This document shows positions 25,152 to 32,540 of a stretch of 42,664 bases of DNA, piece by piece. Below the pieces are notes generated by a model. It saw only the letters and a program-made list of their open reading frames with translations, did not search any database and had not been told where the DNA came from. The stretch is from positions 1-42,664 of the forward strand of contig JBAXCL010000001.1 of assembly GCA_037141515.1 (NCBI GenBank), written 5' to 3'. A program made the translations under genes and the position numbers. Position 1 is the first letter of the stretch, and the number at the start of each line of letters is the position of its first letter. The DNA is from an archaeon. Lineage in GTDB: Archaea; Iainarchaeota; Iainarchaeia; Iainarchaeales; JAAZKV01.

Positions 25152-26444
25152 TTGAAAAAAGATAGAGATATATTTTTACCCGACACTACTGTAAAATTAA
25201 GTAGTTTGAAGCGAGTGTTGAACGAAGTGTACGAATTGGATATTATAGAATTAAATAAAATGGATAAAAAAATGGAAGGTGGAACTCTTAACAGTAGCGT
25301 TATGAGTTTTACTCAAGACGATTATAACAGGCTAATGGATAGCAATATTTTTTCTTCTAACAAAGGCGAAAGGGTATTCACTATTTTCCCTAAAGGCGGA
25401 GGAAGGCACTTGGCTAAATACAATCCCGACAAACAATATATATTCGTTATAGGCAAAAAAGACTTGTCAAATCCAATAGTGAAGTGGTTATCTGAAAATT
25501 CGTATATATCAGACAACGAGAACTACAAACTTGCTGACGGCGGAACTATTGACAATCAAATGGAAAATAAATTGTGGTACGATATAGAAAAAGGAATACC
25601 ACATTCGTTCAAATACGGTGGCGACATTGGGTACGAAAACTATATTGTAGAGTTAAAAAAAGGTAGCGAAACTAGGAGAATAGGCATATTGGCTCACAGT
25701 CAACAGGAAGCGGTTTCTAAAGCCAAAAAAATGATTGGCAAGGGTTATAGCACACAAGGAGTTTTTAAATACGGACTAGGCGGTACTTTAGTGTTTTTAG
25801 GATTAGGCGTGGCGAACGAATATAAAGTAAAGTTGTATAAAAAAGGCACTTTACAAGATACTTATATTTTCAGCGAAGGGTATGTAGATAAGGCTACGCA
25901 AGACTTTAAGAAATTAGGTTATGTAGTTAGAGTTGCTAAAATAAAAACAATGGCAGAAGGCGGTAATATAGCGGTTGAAAATGCTCAAATAGGAAAAACA
26001 TATTGGAAGAAAAATCATAAAAACAAGTGGACTGAATATGTATTTAGGGGAAAAGACGATAGCGGAAATTTTTTGCTTGAAACAACCGAAACTTTATACG
26101 GTATTCCAAAAGGAAGTGACTATGTTTTAGGAAAAACATTTTTATACTTTAACGAGCCTAAACATATTAAAAATTCAGTATATCATTTGGCTAAAGGCGG
26201 TGGAGTTGACAACGAGGTTTACATTGAATTTTTAAATAAAGACAAAGGGTTTAAAAAAGACGTAAAACATTTCAAATCTTACGAAGAAGCGGTTAAGTGG
26301 GCGAGAGAAAACTTTGAAAGGTTTAATCCCGATATGATTAAATACCAAATGGCAAAAGGTGGCTCTTGCGGTTGCGGTAGTAAATTTGAAAAAGGTGGCA
26401 ACACTAATTGTGGTTGTTGGCATTATGAAATAGGTGGTTTATAA
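25152..26444 (+). CDS. Y-x-I-G-G-L tail-tag family member F (430 aa from TTG 25152; 394 aa if ATG 25260)
   Basis: TTG behind aaacaaaaaag leader. The alternative start aaataaaATGG at 25260 is equally plausible. MEGGT, LADGGT, KYGGD, GLGGT, MAEGGN, LAKGGGV (26187) linkers. Ends MAKGGSCGCGSKFEKGGNTNCGCWHYEIGGL-stop. Confidence 0.8.
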   Translation: MKKDRDIFLPDTTVKLSSLKRVLNEVYELDIIELNKMDKKMEGGTLNSSVMSFTQDDYNRLMDSNIFSSNKGERVFTIFPKGGGRHLAKYNPDKQYIFVIGKKDLSNPIVKWLSENSYISDNENYKLADGGTIDNQMENKLWYDIEKGIPHSFKYGGDIGYENYIVELKKGSETRRIGILAHSQQEAVSKAKKMIGKGYSTQGVFKYGLGGTLVFLGLGVANEYKVKLYKKGTLQDTYIFSEGYVDKATQDFKKLGYVVRVAKIKTMAEGGNIAVENAQIGKTYWKKNHKNKWTEYVFRGKDDSGNFLLETTETLYGIPKGSDYVLGKTFLYFNEPKHIKNSVYHLAKGGGVDNEVYIEFLNKDKGFKKDVKHFKSYEEAVKWARENFERFNPDMIKYQMAKGGSCGCGSKFEKGGNTNCGCWHYEIGGL

Positions 26445-26455
26445 AACATAAAAAA

Positions 26456-28003
26456 ATGAAAAAAACAGTATTCACAAAAGACGGTGTTGAAGTAGAAAAA
26501 GGCACTAACAAGTACAAAGGACATATCTTCTATGACGAAGACGGTGGCAAATATAAATGTTTAGGATACTTCCCGAAACTAGACGATTGCGTTTATGAAA
26601 ACTTGCAAACAGGCAAAGAAGTTGTTGGTTGTATGGACGGGTTTTATTTTAAAGACCCTAAAAAATTCGCTAAAGGCTCTACTATAAAGGGTAATTCAGC
26701 GTTTACTTTTCAAGGACTAGACAAACGCTTTCAAAAACTTGATTGGAGAGATACGACAGAAGCGTACTACGGTTTAGATTTTACTCCATTTATGAGTGTT
26801 GTTGAGGAATACATAGAACAAAGCGGTAAAAGTTCACAGGGACTAAATAGCCACTTTGAAAAACTTGATTGGAGAGATACGACAGAAGCGTACTACGGTT
26901 TAGATTTTACGCCTTTTATGAGTGAAATTGAGAATTATGCTACTTCAAAATTTGCTAAAGGCACTACAATAAGCGTAGGTCGTGCATTGAAAGGTGGATT
27001 TAAGTTTCACAATTTGTCAAGCGGAGATAAGGTTATTTATGGAAAAAAAGAATTGGTTATTTCTGTCGTTGGACAAGACTTTTTGTATGGAGTAGATAAG
27101 TTTGGAAAACAATATAAAATAACTTCAATTAAAGACATAAAGCCTAGCGAAGAATTGTCTAAAAAATTAATGAAAAATGGCGGTGGATTTAAGTTAGGCG
27201 ACAAAGTTAAAGTCGTAAGAGGTGCAAATAAAGGAGAAAAAGGGGTTGTGTCAAACACGGATAGCGACTTTTTTGGAGATTACACTATTGATGTTAGAGG
27301 GCATAAATTATGGGGATTTAAAGCAGACGATTTGATTAAATACGCTAAAGGCTCTACCGTTAAAGGTGGTGGCGTTGGAAAATTTAAGGTTGGCGACAAG
27401 GTTATAATAGAGTACATAAATGACGGTAATGAGCATAATGGAGAAATCGGAACAATAACTTACCTTAATGAATACAATTACTACCCTAAAGGAGATAAGT
27501 CAGTTGTTGAGAGAAAAACTCAAGGAGAAATCACTTATCATAATGGCGAGGTAGAAGAAGTTTCGGACTTTTATCGTGAAGGAAGTGGTTTGGTTTCACC
27601 TATTCAAAAAGTAATATTAAGAAAAGCCAAAGAATATGTGAATACCGACTTAATAAAAAAAGAATGGCAAGAAAAAAATAAATACGCTAAAGGCTCTACT
27701 ATAAAAGGAAATAGTAATTACAGAAAATTCGGAGCAGAAAATTCAAGATTAGCGAAATTTAATATTGATGATTTAGATGATTTTGAATCAATGCAATATA
27801 ACCAATTTAGTAAGTCAATGGATAAAGCAAGTGCATTACAAATTTTGATTAACAACGTAGAGGGAGATTACTCTCAATTAAATGAGCAACTTTCTGAAAT
27901 TGCAGAAGAGCAATTTCCATCTGTTGAGTTTTTTGAAGATAATAGACAATACAAAAAAGGAGGCGCAATAAAAGGTTTCTGTTACACAATAGGTGGATTA
28001 TAA
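26456..28003 (+). CDS. Y-x-I-G-G-L tail-tag family member G (515 aa) with KOW-like barrels and an internal 42-aa duplication
   Basis: FAKGSTIKG (26666), FAKGTTIS (26951), YAKGSTVKGG (27341), YAKGSTIKG (27683). GDKVKVVRGANKGEKGVV is a good KOW motif. Ends YKKGGAIKGFCYTIGGL-stop. Confidence 0.88.
   Translation: MKKTVFTKDGVEVEKGTNKYKGHIFYDEDGGKYKCLGYFPKLDDCVYENLQTGKEVVGCMDGFYFKDPKKFAKGSTIKGNSAFTFQGLDKRFQKLDWRDTTEAYYGLDFTPFMSVVEEYIEQSGKSSQGLNSHFEKLDWRDTTEAYYGLDFTPFMSEIENYATSKFAKGTTISVGRALKGGFKFHNLSSGDKVIYGKKELVISVVGQDFLYGVDKFGKQYKITSIKDIKPSEELSKKLMKNGGGFKLGDKVKVVRGANKGEKGVVSNTDSDFFGDYTIDVRGHKLWGFKADDLIKYAKGSTVKGGGVGKFKVGDKVIIEYINDGNEHNGEIGTITYLNEYNYYPKGDKSVVERKTQGEITYHNGEVEEVSDFYREGSGLVSPIQKVILRKAKEYVNTDLIKKEWQEKNKYAKGSTIKGNSNYRKFGAENSRLAKFNIDDLDDFESMQYNQFSKSMDKASALQILINNVEGDYSQLNEQLSEIAEEQFPSVEFFEDNRQYKKGGAIKGFCYTIGGL
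26733..26924 (+). repeat. intragenic tandem duplication (two 66-nt near-identical cores, period 126 nt)
   Basis: aaaaacttgattggagagatacgacagaagcgtactacggtttagattttac.cc.tttatgagtg at 26733-26798 and 26859-26924 (KLDWRDTTEAYYGLDFTPFMS twice). Confidence 0.9.
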
Positions 28004-28384
28004 ATGACACGAAGAGCAAAAATAGTATTAGGGATAACGATTGCCGTCATAGTCGGAGGAATATTCGGCTACAAAGCCTACAAGAAAAAGAAAGACGAAA
28101 AGAAAGCGGAAGAGGACAATTCGCCTAAAGTTGAAGTGCCTAACGCATACGAAGTGGCTAAAAAAACTTTGCCTAACGGTAAAGAAGTAAATGATAGTTA
28201 TGTTGTTTCGGTTGCTAACGAGGGTAAAGACCCTATTGCTTTGCGTTTTTACAAGAACAACAGGGTTGCTTTCTCCATAAAAGGTAAACTAGAAAGTATG
28301 GGTACTTACTCTGACGGCGGTAAAACAAAGCCAACAATTAAGATTAAGTTTGATAATGGTAAAACAATGAATTTCGGACTATGA
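28004..28384 (+). CDS. N-terminally anchored hypothetical protein
   Basis: 126 aa. ATG immediately follows the stop of G. IVLGITIAVIVGGIFGY anchor. ATGA overlap with next ORF. Confidence 0.7.
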   Translation: MTRRAKIVLGITIAVIVGGIFGYKAYKKKKDEKKAEEDNSPKVEVPNAYEVAKKTLPNGKEVNDSYVVSVANEGKDPIALRFYKNNRVAFSIKGKLESMGTYSDGGKTKPTIKIKFDNGKTMNFGL

Positions 28385-28770
28385 GAAAAAAAATAGAAAA
28401 GCGTTCGTCAAGAGAGTTGTTGGCTGACAAAACATTTAAGGCACTTGCTAGTGGAAGTCGTAAGTCAAAAAAATATGCAACAATAGAACTTGCAAACGGC
28501 ACGAAGTTTCGCCGTAGAAACGCAAATCAAACGGGTGACGTAGAAGGCGGTATTGTTTACTCTGAAAAAAGACCGAACAGGACTGATAGAAAGGGTAGTT
28601 CAAAGCCTACTCAAAGCACTCAAGGTAAAAGTAGAAGCACTCGGACTACTCGGACTACTCGTACCCGTAGAGCACCCAATACGACTACAAAAGCACCCAA
28701 TATGTCAAACACTTTGAGGTTTTTAGGAGTAGAATTTAAAAAATATAACTATACAATAGGAGGTTTATAA
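28381..28770 (+). CDS. Y-x-I-G-G-L tail-tag family member H: small, extremely basic protein
   Basis: 129 aa rich in R/K/T/S. STRTTRTTRTRR is encoded by a 9-nt repeat (28639-28668). Ends VEFKKYNYTIGGL-stop. Confidence 0.78.
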   Translation: MRKKIEKRSSRELLADKTFKALASGSRKSKKYATIELANGTKFRRRNANQTGDVEGGIVYSEKRPNRTDRKGSSKPTQSTQGKSRSTRTTRTTRTRRAPNTTTKAPNMSNTLRFLGVEFKKYNYTIGGL

Positions 28771-28937
28771 TGGACGAAACAAAAGAGCAATACAGAAAAG
28801 CATACGAACTAGCACAAGACCCTAAGAAACAAAAAGAAGCAGAAGATAAAATGAATGCTTTTTGGGTTACGTTAAAAAAGAAATATCCTAATGCGGATAT
28901 GGTTAAGGTTAAAGGATTTATGGACGGAGTTTATTAA
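28770..28937 (+). CDS. 55-aa soluble small protein
   Basis: Below track cutoff. TAATG overlap with H. MDETKEQYRKAYELAQDPKKQKEAEDKMNAFWVTLKKKYPNADMVKVKGFMDGVY. Confidence 0.45.
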   Translation: MDETKEQYRKAYELAQDPKKQKEAEDKMNAFWVTLKKKYPNADMVKVKGFMDGVY

Positions 28938-28959
28938 TAACAATCAAACAAAAACAAAA

Positions 28960-29274
28960 ATGGCAAAATATGAATTTATTAAGAAGGTTGGCTCTTTTAA
29001 AATAGGAGAAATTGTTGATGGGACTGAAATCAACAATAAGTGGGGAACGGGAATTAATTTTTCTAATAGGGACGGCTCAAAGGCATTTGCTCAACTTACG
29101 TCAAGTGAACCTAATTATCCTCCAACAGTAAAAAAAATCGAAGAAAAAAAGGCAGAGGATACCACTTCCGATAGTGATAAAATAATGGGAATGAATAAAA
29201 AACTGTTCTATGGATTGGTTGGAATAACAGTTTTGGTTGGTGGGTATTTTATTTACAAGAAATTTAAAAAGTAA
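28960..29274 (+). CDS. tail-anchored protein (GMN variant of the GMSK anchor)
   Basis: Start moved from 28891 to aaaacaaaaATGGC at 28960, because the extension overlaps ORF 28770. Ends IMGMNKKLFYGLVGITVLVGGYFIYKKFKK. Confidence 0.7.
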   Translation: MAKYEFIKKVGSFKIGEIVDGTEINNKWGTGINFSNRDGSKAFAQLTSSEPNYPPTVKKIEEKKAEDTTSDSDKIMGMNKKLFYGLVGITVLVGGYFIYKKFKK

Positions 29275-29279
29275 AAAAA

Positions 29280-29360
29280 ATGGCAAAGTATACTATAAAA
29301 AGAGGACTTTTGGTTGTTCTGATACTAACAATATTAGTAATATTCACAACTAGGCTTTAA
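29280..29360 (+). CDS. 26-aa hydrophobic mini-protein
   Basis: aaaaaaaATGGC leader. MAKYTIKRGLLVVLILTILVIFTTRL. Ends 1 nt before next ATG. Very short, so tentative. Confidence 0.35.
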   Translation: MAKYTIKRGLLVVLILTILVIFTTRL

Positions 29361-29361
29361 A

Positions 29362-30393
29362 ATGGCAGTAAAAACGGTAAATAAAAAAACAAAAGACGTT
29401 ACAAAAACACAGGCGTTCAAAGATTGGTTTGGCGACAGTAAGGTTGTTGACAAAAAGGGGAAGCCTTTGGTTGTTTATCACGCTACTACCCAAAAATTCT
29501 TTGAGTTTGACCGTGAGAGAGGTAACGCAGAGGGGTGGTTTGGTTTGAGTTTTTATTTTACAGACAGTTTATTGGACGCTACTAACAACTACTTGTCTAG
29601 CGGTGCTGATTTAACTAACCGAATAGAAAGGTTAACCGACAGGTATTCAAGTAAACTAGAGGACGAATACGACGATATTATTGACGATAAAAAAAGTATT
29701 GCAAAAGAGTACGGATTAACACCTAATCAAGTTACCGCTTTAGGCGACTTTAGGAGTTTAGCGAAACACCTTGCAAAAAAGGAATTAAAAGGCGAATACG
29801 AATTAACGCTACCGTTCTATTTGAGTTTACAAAACCCTTTGGATTTAAGACGTACTTATTACGACGCACAGGAGGTTTATAACGAAGAGGACGATAGTTA
29901 CGAGGATAACGGAGATAGTTTACCTAACAGACTGTATGAAGCAATAAGGGTTATTTCGTATGACGATTATTTTAACGAGTACAACAATATAGACTTTCAA
30001 GAGGTATTTGACGATATTGCTAGTGGTATAGATTATCAATGGGACGGGACAAGTGCCTACTCTGTTGACAAATCTTTTAGAAGTTCTAATGCTTTGGCGG
30101 ATATTGGCGACGAATATGGCAACTCTGTTTCGTATGAATTTATAAGAAGAGTTTACGAGGAAATGGGTTTTGACGGTATTGTTATGGACGCAGACCTTGA
30201 GTTCGGAAGTCGTAAAAAAATGGGTAAAAGTATGGTTATGGACGAGGGGACAACGCATTACATAGCGTTTGAGCCAAATCAAATGAAACTAGCAGACGGA
30301 ACAAATATTTCTTTCAATAAAGACACTAACGATTTCCGTTATGAAAAAGGCGGAAAAATGACTACTTTTGTATATGAAATTGGCGGACTATAA
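29362..30393 (+). CDS. Y-x-I-G-G-L tail-tag family member I: ADP-ribosyltransferase-like domain of the polyvalent-protein type (ART-PolyVal-like)
   Basis: FKDWFGDSKVVDKKGKPLVVYHATTQKFFEFD ... WFGLSFYFTDS ... MGFDGIVMD ... HYIAFEPNQMK matches my recollection of the ART domain of phage/conjugative-element polyvalent proteins. Ends YEKGGKMTTFVYEIGGL-stop. Confidence 0.85.
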   Translation: MAVKTVNKKTKDVTKTQAFKDWFGDSKVVDKKGKPLVVYHATTQKFFEFDRERGNAEGWFGLSFYFTDSLLDATNNYLSSGADLTNRIERLTDRYSSKLEDEYDDIIDDKKSIAKEYGLTPNQVTALGDFRSLAKHLAKKELKGEYELTLPFYLSLQNPLDLRRTYYDAQEVYNEEDDSYEDNGDSLPNRLYEAIRVISYDDYFNEYNNIDFQEVFDDIASGIDYQWDGTSAYSVDKSFRSSNALADIGDEYGNSVSYEFIRRVYEEMGFDGIVMDADLEFGSRKKMGKSMVMDEGTTHYIAFEPNQMKLADGTNISFNKDTNDFRYEKGGKMTTFVYEIGGL

Positions 30394-30403
30394 AATAATA
30401 AAA

Positions 30404-30562
30404 ATGGAAAAATCAACTAGAAACTTATTAATAATTATTGGAGTGGTTGCGGTAGGTGTTACTGCGTACTATTTTTACGATAAAAATAAAAAGAAAAAAA
30501 ACCTGTCTTTAGGTGTAACGGCTGACAGTAAAAAAAATACAGTAACATTCACTAGAAGTTAA
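30404..30562 (+). CDS. 52-aa N-terminally anchored mini-protein
   Basis: Start moved from 30368 (inside the tag codons of I) to ataaaaATGG at 30404. LLIIIGVVAVGVTAYYFY helix. Confidence 0.5.
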   Translation: MEKSTRNLLIIIGVVAVGVTAYYFYDKNKKKKNLSLGVTADSKKNTVTFTRS

Positions 30563-30681
30563 TAAACCTTTATTTTATGAATGTTGTTGGTCAAACGAGT
30601 TATCCTTTGGGACAATACGAACTCTATCATATAGTTGATAATAATTTTTGGGGAGTTCTTGGTAATTAAAAATAAAAAAAA

Positions 30682-31347
30682 ATGGCAGAAACTAACATAA
30701 AAATACCCTCAATTAACAAGTCTTTCTACGATACAGTTTCGGCAAAGGCTAACCAAGAAAAGATTAAGAACGTCATACGTCCTAAATTCGGTGAGATAAT
30801 CAAAAGAATGTCGGGGTATTCTAACGTGCCTACCGAATTAATTGAAAGTTTTATTTTCATTGAGAGTGGCGGAAACGCAAATGCACAATCTCCCTATGCA
30901 ACGGGGTTAATGCAATTAAACGGTGCTACCGCTTCCGACACAATAGTTAAGGAAAAAGGTGCGGGACGGCTTTCGGCGGAAGAGGGTGCAATCCTTAAAA
31001 AGTATTTAGGTAGTCGTTACACTATGGTTGAGGGCGTTAAACCTAAACAAACTTCTCTAGGAAAAACATTCATAACGAACGACGACTTATTGAAACCCGA
31101 ATTTAATGTTTTAGTAGGAACAATGCTTCTGAAACAATTAATGGACGAGTTCACGGGTGCTGACGGAAAAATCCGTATGGACAAGGTTATCGTTATTTAC
31201 AACGGTGGTCGCTACGGTAAAGTTGCAAAAAAAGTAATCCCGTTTCAAGGCACAACAGAGGACTTAATAACCCAAGTTCCAAAAGAAACTTCTTCATACA
31301 TTTTGAAGTTGTTAGGAACGCAAGGTATTTTAGATACAATGGTATAA
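30682..31347 (+). CDS. SLT-domain lytic transglycosylase
   Basis: ELIESFIFIESGGNANAQSPYATGLMQLNGATASD = catalytic E-S ... G-L-M-Q signature of soluble lytic transglycosylase domains. YNGG further downstream. Confidence 0.82.
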   Translation: MAETNIKIPSINKSFYDTVSAKANQEKIKNVIRPKFGEIIKRMSGYSNVPTELIESFIFIESGGNANAQSPYATGLMQLNGATASDTIVKEKGAGRLSAEEGAILKKYLGSRYTMVEGVKPKQTSLGKTFITNDDLLKPEFNVLVGTMLLKQLMDEFTGADGKIRMDKVIVIYNGGRYGKVAKKVIPFQGTTEDLITQVPKETSSYILKLLGTQGILDTMV

Positions 31348-31361
31348 TAAAAAATAAAAAA

Positions 31362-31610
31362 ATGAAATTGAAAAACTATTACAAGCCAACCCCTAAAAAG
31401 TGGAGAAAGTTTGGCGACGCAATTTTGGTTACAGGTACTTTTATTACAGGTATCGTATTGGTTGAATTTGACAAATTGAAAGAGGTTTACTCTATCGAAA
31501 TGTTGAGGTGTATGATTGGTGGTGCTATGGTATTAGGTGTGGCGGGTAAATTCCTGTCAAACTTCTTTGCCGACGACACAGTTCCAACTCCAACTGATAA
31601 TGAAAAGTAG
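31362..31610 (+). CDS. two-helix small membrane protein (holin candidate)
   Basis: 82 aa. ILVTGTFITGIVLVEF and MIGGAMVLGVAGKFL helices. Charged C-terminus. Sits between SLT and the endolysin and overlaps the endolysin start by 11 nt. Confidence 0.6.
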   Translation: MKLKNYYKPTPKKWRKFGDAILVTGTFITGIVLVEFDKLKEVYSIEMLRCMIGGAMVLGVAGKFLSNFFADDTVPTPTDNEK

Positions 31611-32205
31611 CGATTGGCTTTACAAATACAGATTTGCTATTGGCGGTGGATTAGCACTCGCAATAGTTGGTGTTGTTGTTTATTTAAACAGAAGACGAAT
31701 TAGAAAACTAGGAAGCGACGTTATGGAATATGCACAAAATAAAGTATGGGACACGGTGTCGGAAAGAAATATTGAACGATTGCACCCCAAAGTAAGAGAT
31801 AAAGCAAGAGAGTTTATTAACAGAGTTGAGAAAGAACTAGGTATTAAACTTCGTGCGACAAGTACGCTTCGTACATACGCAGAACAGGACGAATTGTATG
31901 CTCAAGGACGAACGAAAAAAGGCGGTATTGTAACTAACGCAAGAGGAGGTCAAAGTAATCATAACTTCGGTACGGCGTTGGACGTTGTGCCTATTGTGAA
32001 CGGTCAAGCGGATTGGAAAACAAGTGCCGACACTTGGAGTAAGATTGCAAAAGTAGGCAAGGCGGTAGGATTTGATTGGGGCGGTGATTGGAAGTCAATT
32101 GTTGATAAACCTCACTTTGAAATGAATTTTGGAAACTCGTTGGCTCAAATGCGTCAGAAATACGAAAGCGGTCAGCGTGACGGAGATTATATAAAACTAG
32201 CGTAA
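31600..32205 (+). CDS. peptidase M15 (VanY / L-Ala-D-Glu peptidase-type) endolysin with N-terminal signal-anchor
   Basis: LHPKVRDKAREFI...TSTLRTYAEQDELYAQGR...GQSNHNFGTALDVVP...WGGDW...DKPHFE = Zn ligand set H..D / H of the M15 family. N-terminal FAIGGGLALAIVGVVVYL suggests SAR-like export. Start moved from 31537 to ATG 31600. Confidence 0.85.
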   Translation: MKSSDWLYKYRFAIGGGLALAIVGVVVYLNRRRIRKLGSDVMEYAQNKVWDTVSERNIERLHPKVRDKAREFINRVEKELGIKLRATSTLRTYAEQDELYAQGRTKKGGIVTNARGGQSNHNFGTALDVVPIVNGQADWKTSADTWSKIAKVGKAVGFDWGGDWKSIVDKPHFEMNFGNSLAQMRQKYESGQRDGDYIKLA

Positions 32206-32540
32206 TGAATATAGATAAAAAAACAATAGCGATAATCGTACTTTCAATTGCTTTGGCAGTTGTTTCGTGGATTGCTTACAAACCGCAACCTACATACGAT
32301 AATAGTTTAATAGAAAGTCAATTACAGGAACTTAAAGATAAGAATAGACTTATGGGCGGTTATATTCTTTACGTTGAGAAAACGGCGTTTTTGAAGCAAC
32401 AAAAGATTGACAGTTTAGAAAGTTTAAAACCAAAAATAGAAATAATATATGTTAACAAATTCAAAGAAATTGACAACGCTAGTGCTAATGTTATTGCTAG
32501 TGAGTTCAAAGGTATTTTCGCAAAAAGTAATGTTAAATGA
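32205..32540 (+). CDS. i-spanin-like protein (N-terminal TM + coiled coil)
   Basis: 111 aa. IAIIVLSIALAVVSWIAY, then LIESQLQELKDKNRL...KQQKIDSLESLK. TAATG overlap with the endolysin stop. Confidence 0.65.
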   Translation: MNIDKKTIAIIVLSIALAVVSWIAYKPQPTYDNSLIESQLQELKDKNRLMGGYILYVEKTAFLKQQKIDSLESLKPKIEIIYVNKFKEIDNASANVIASEFKGIFAKSNVK

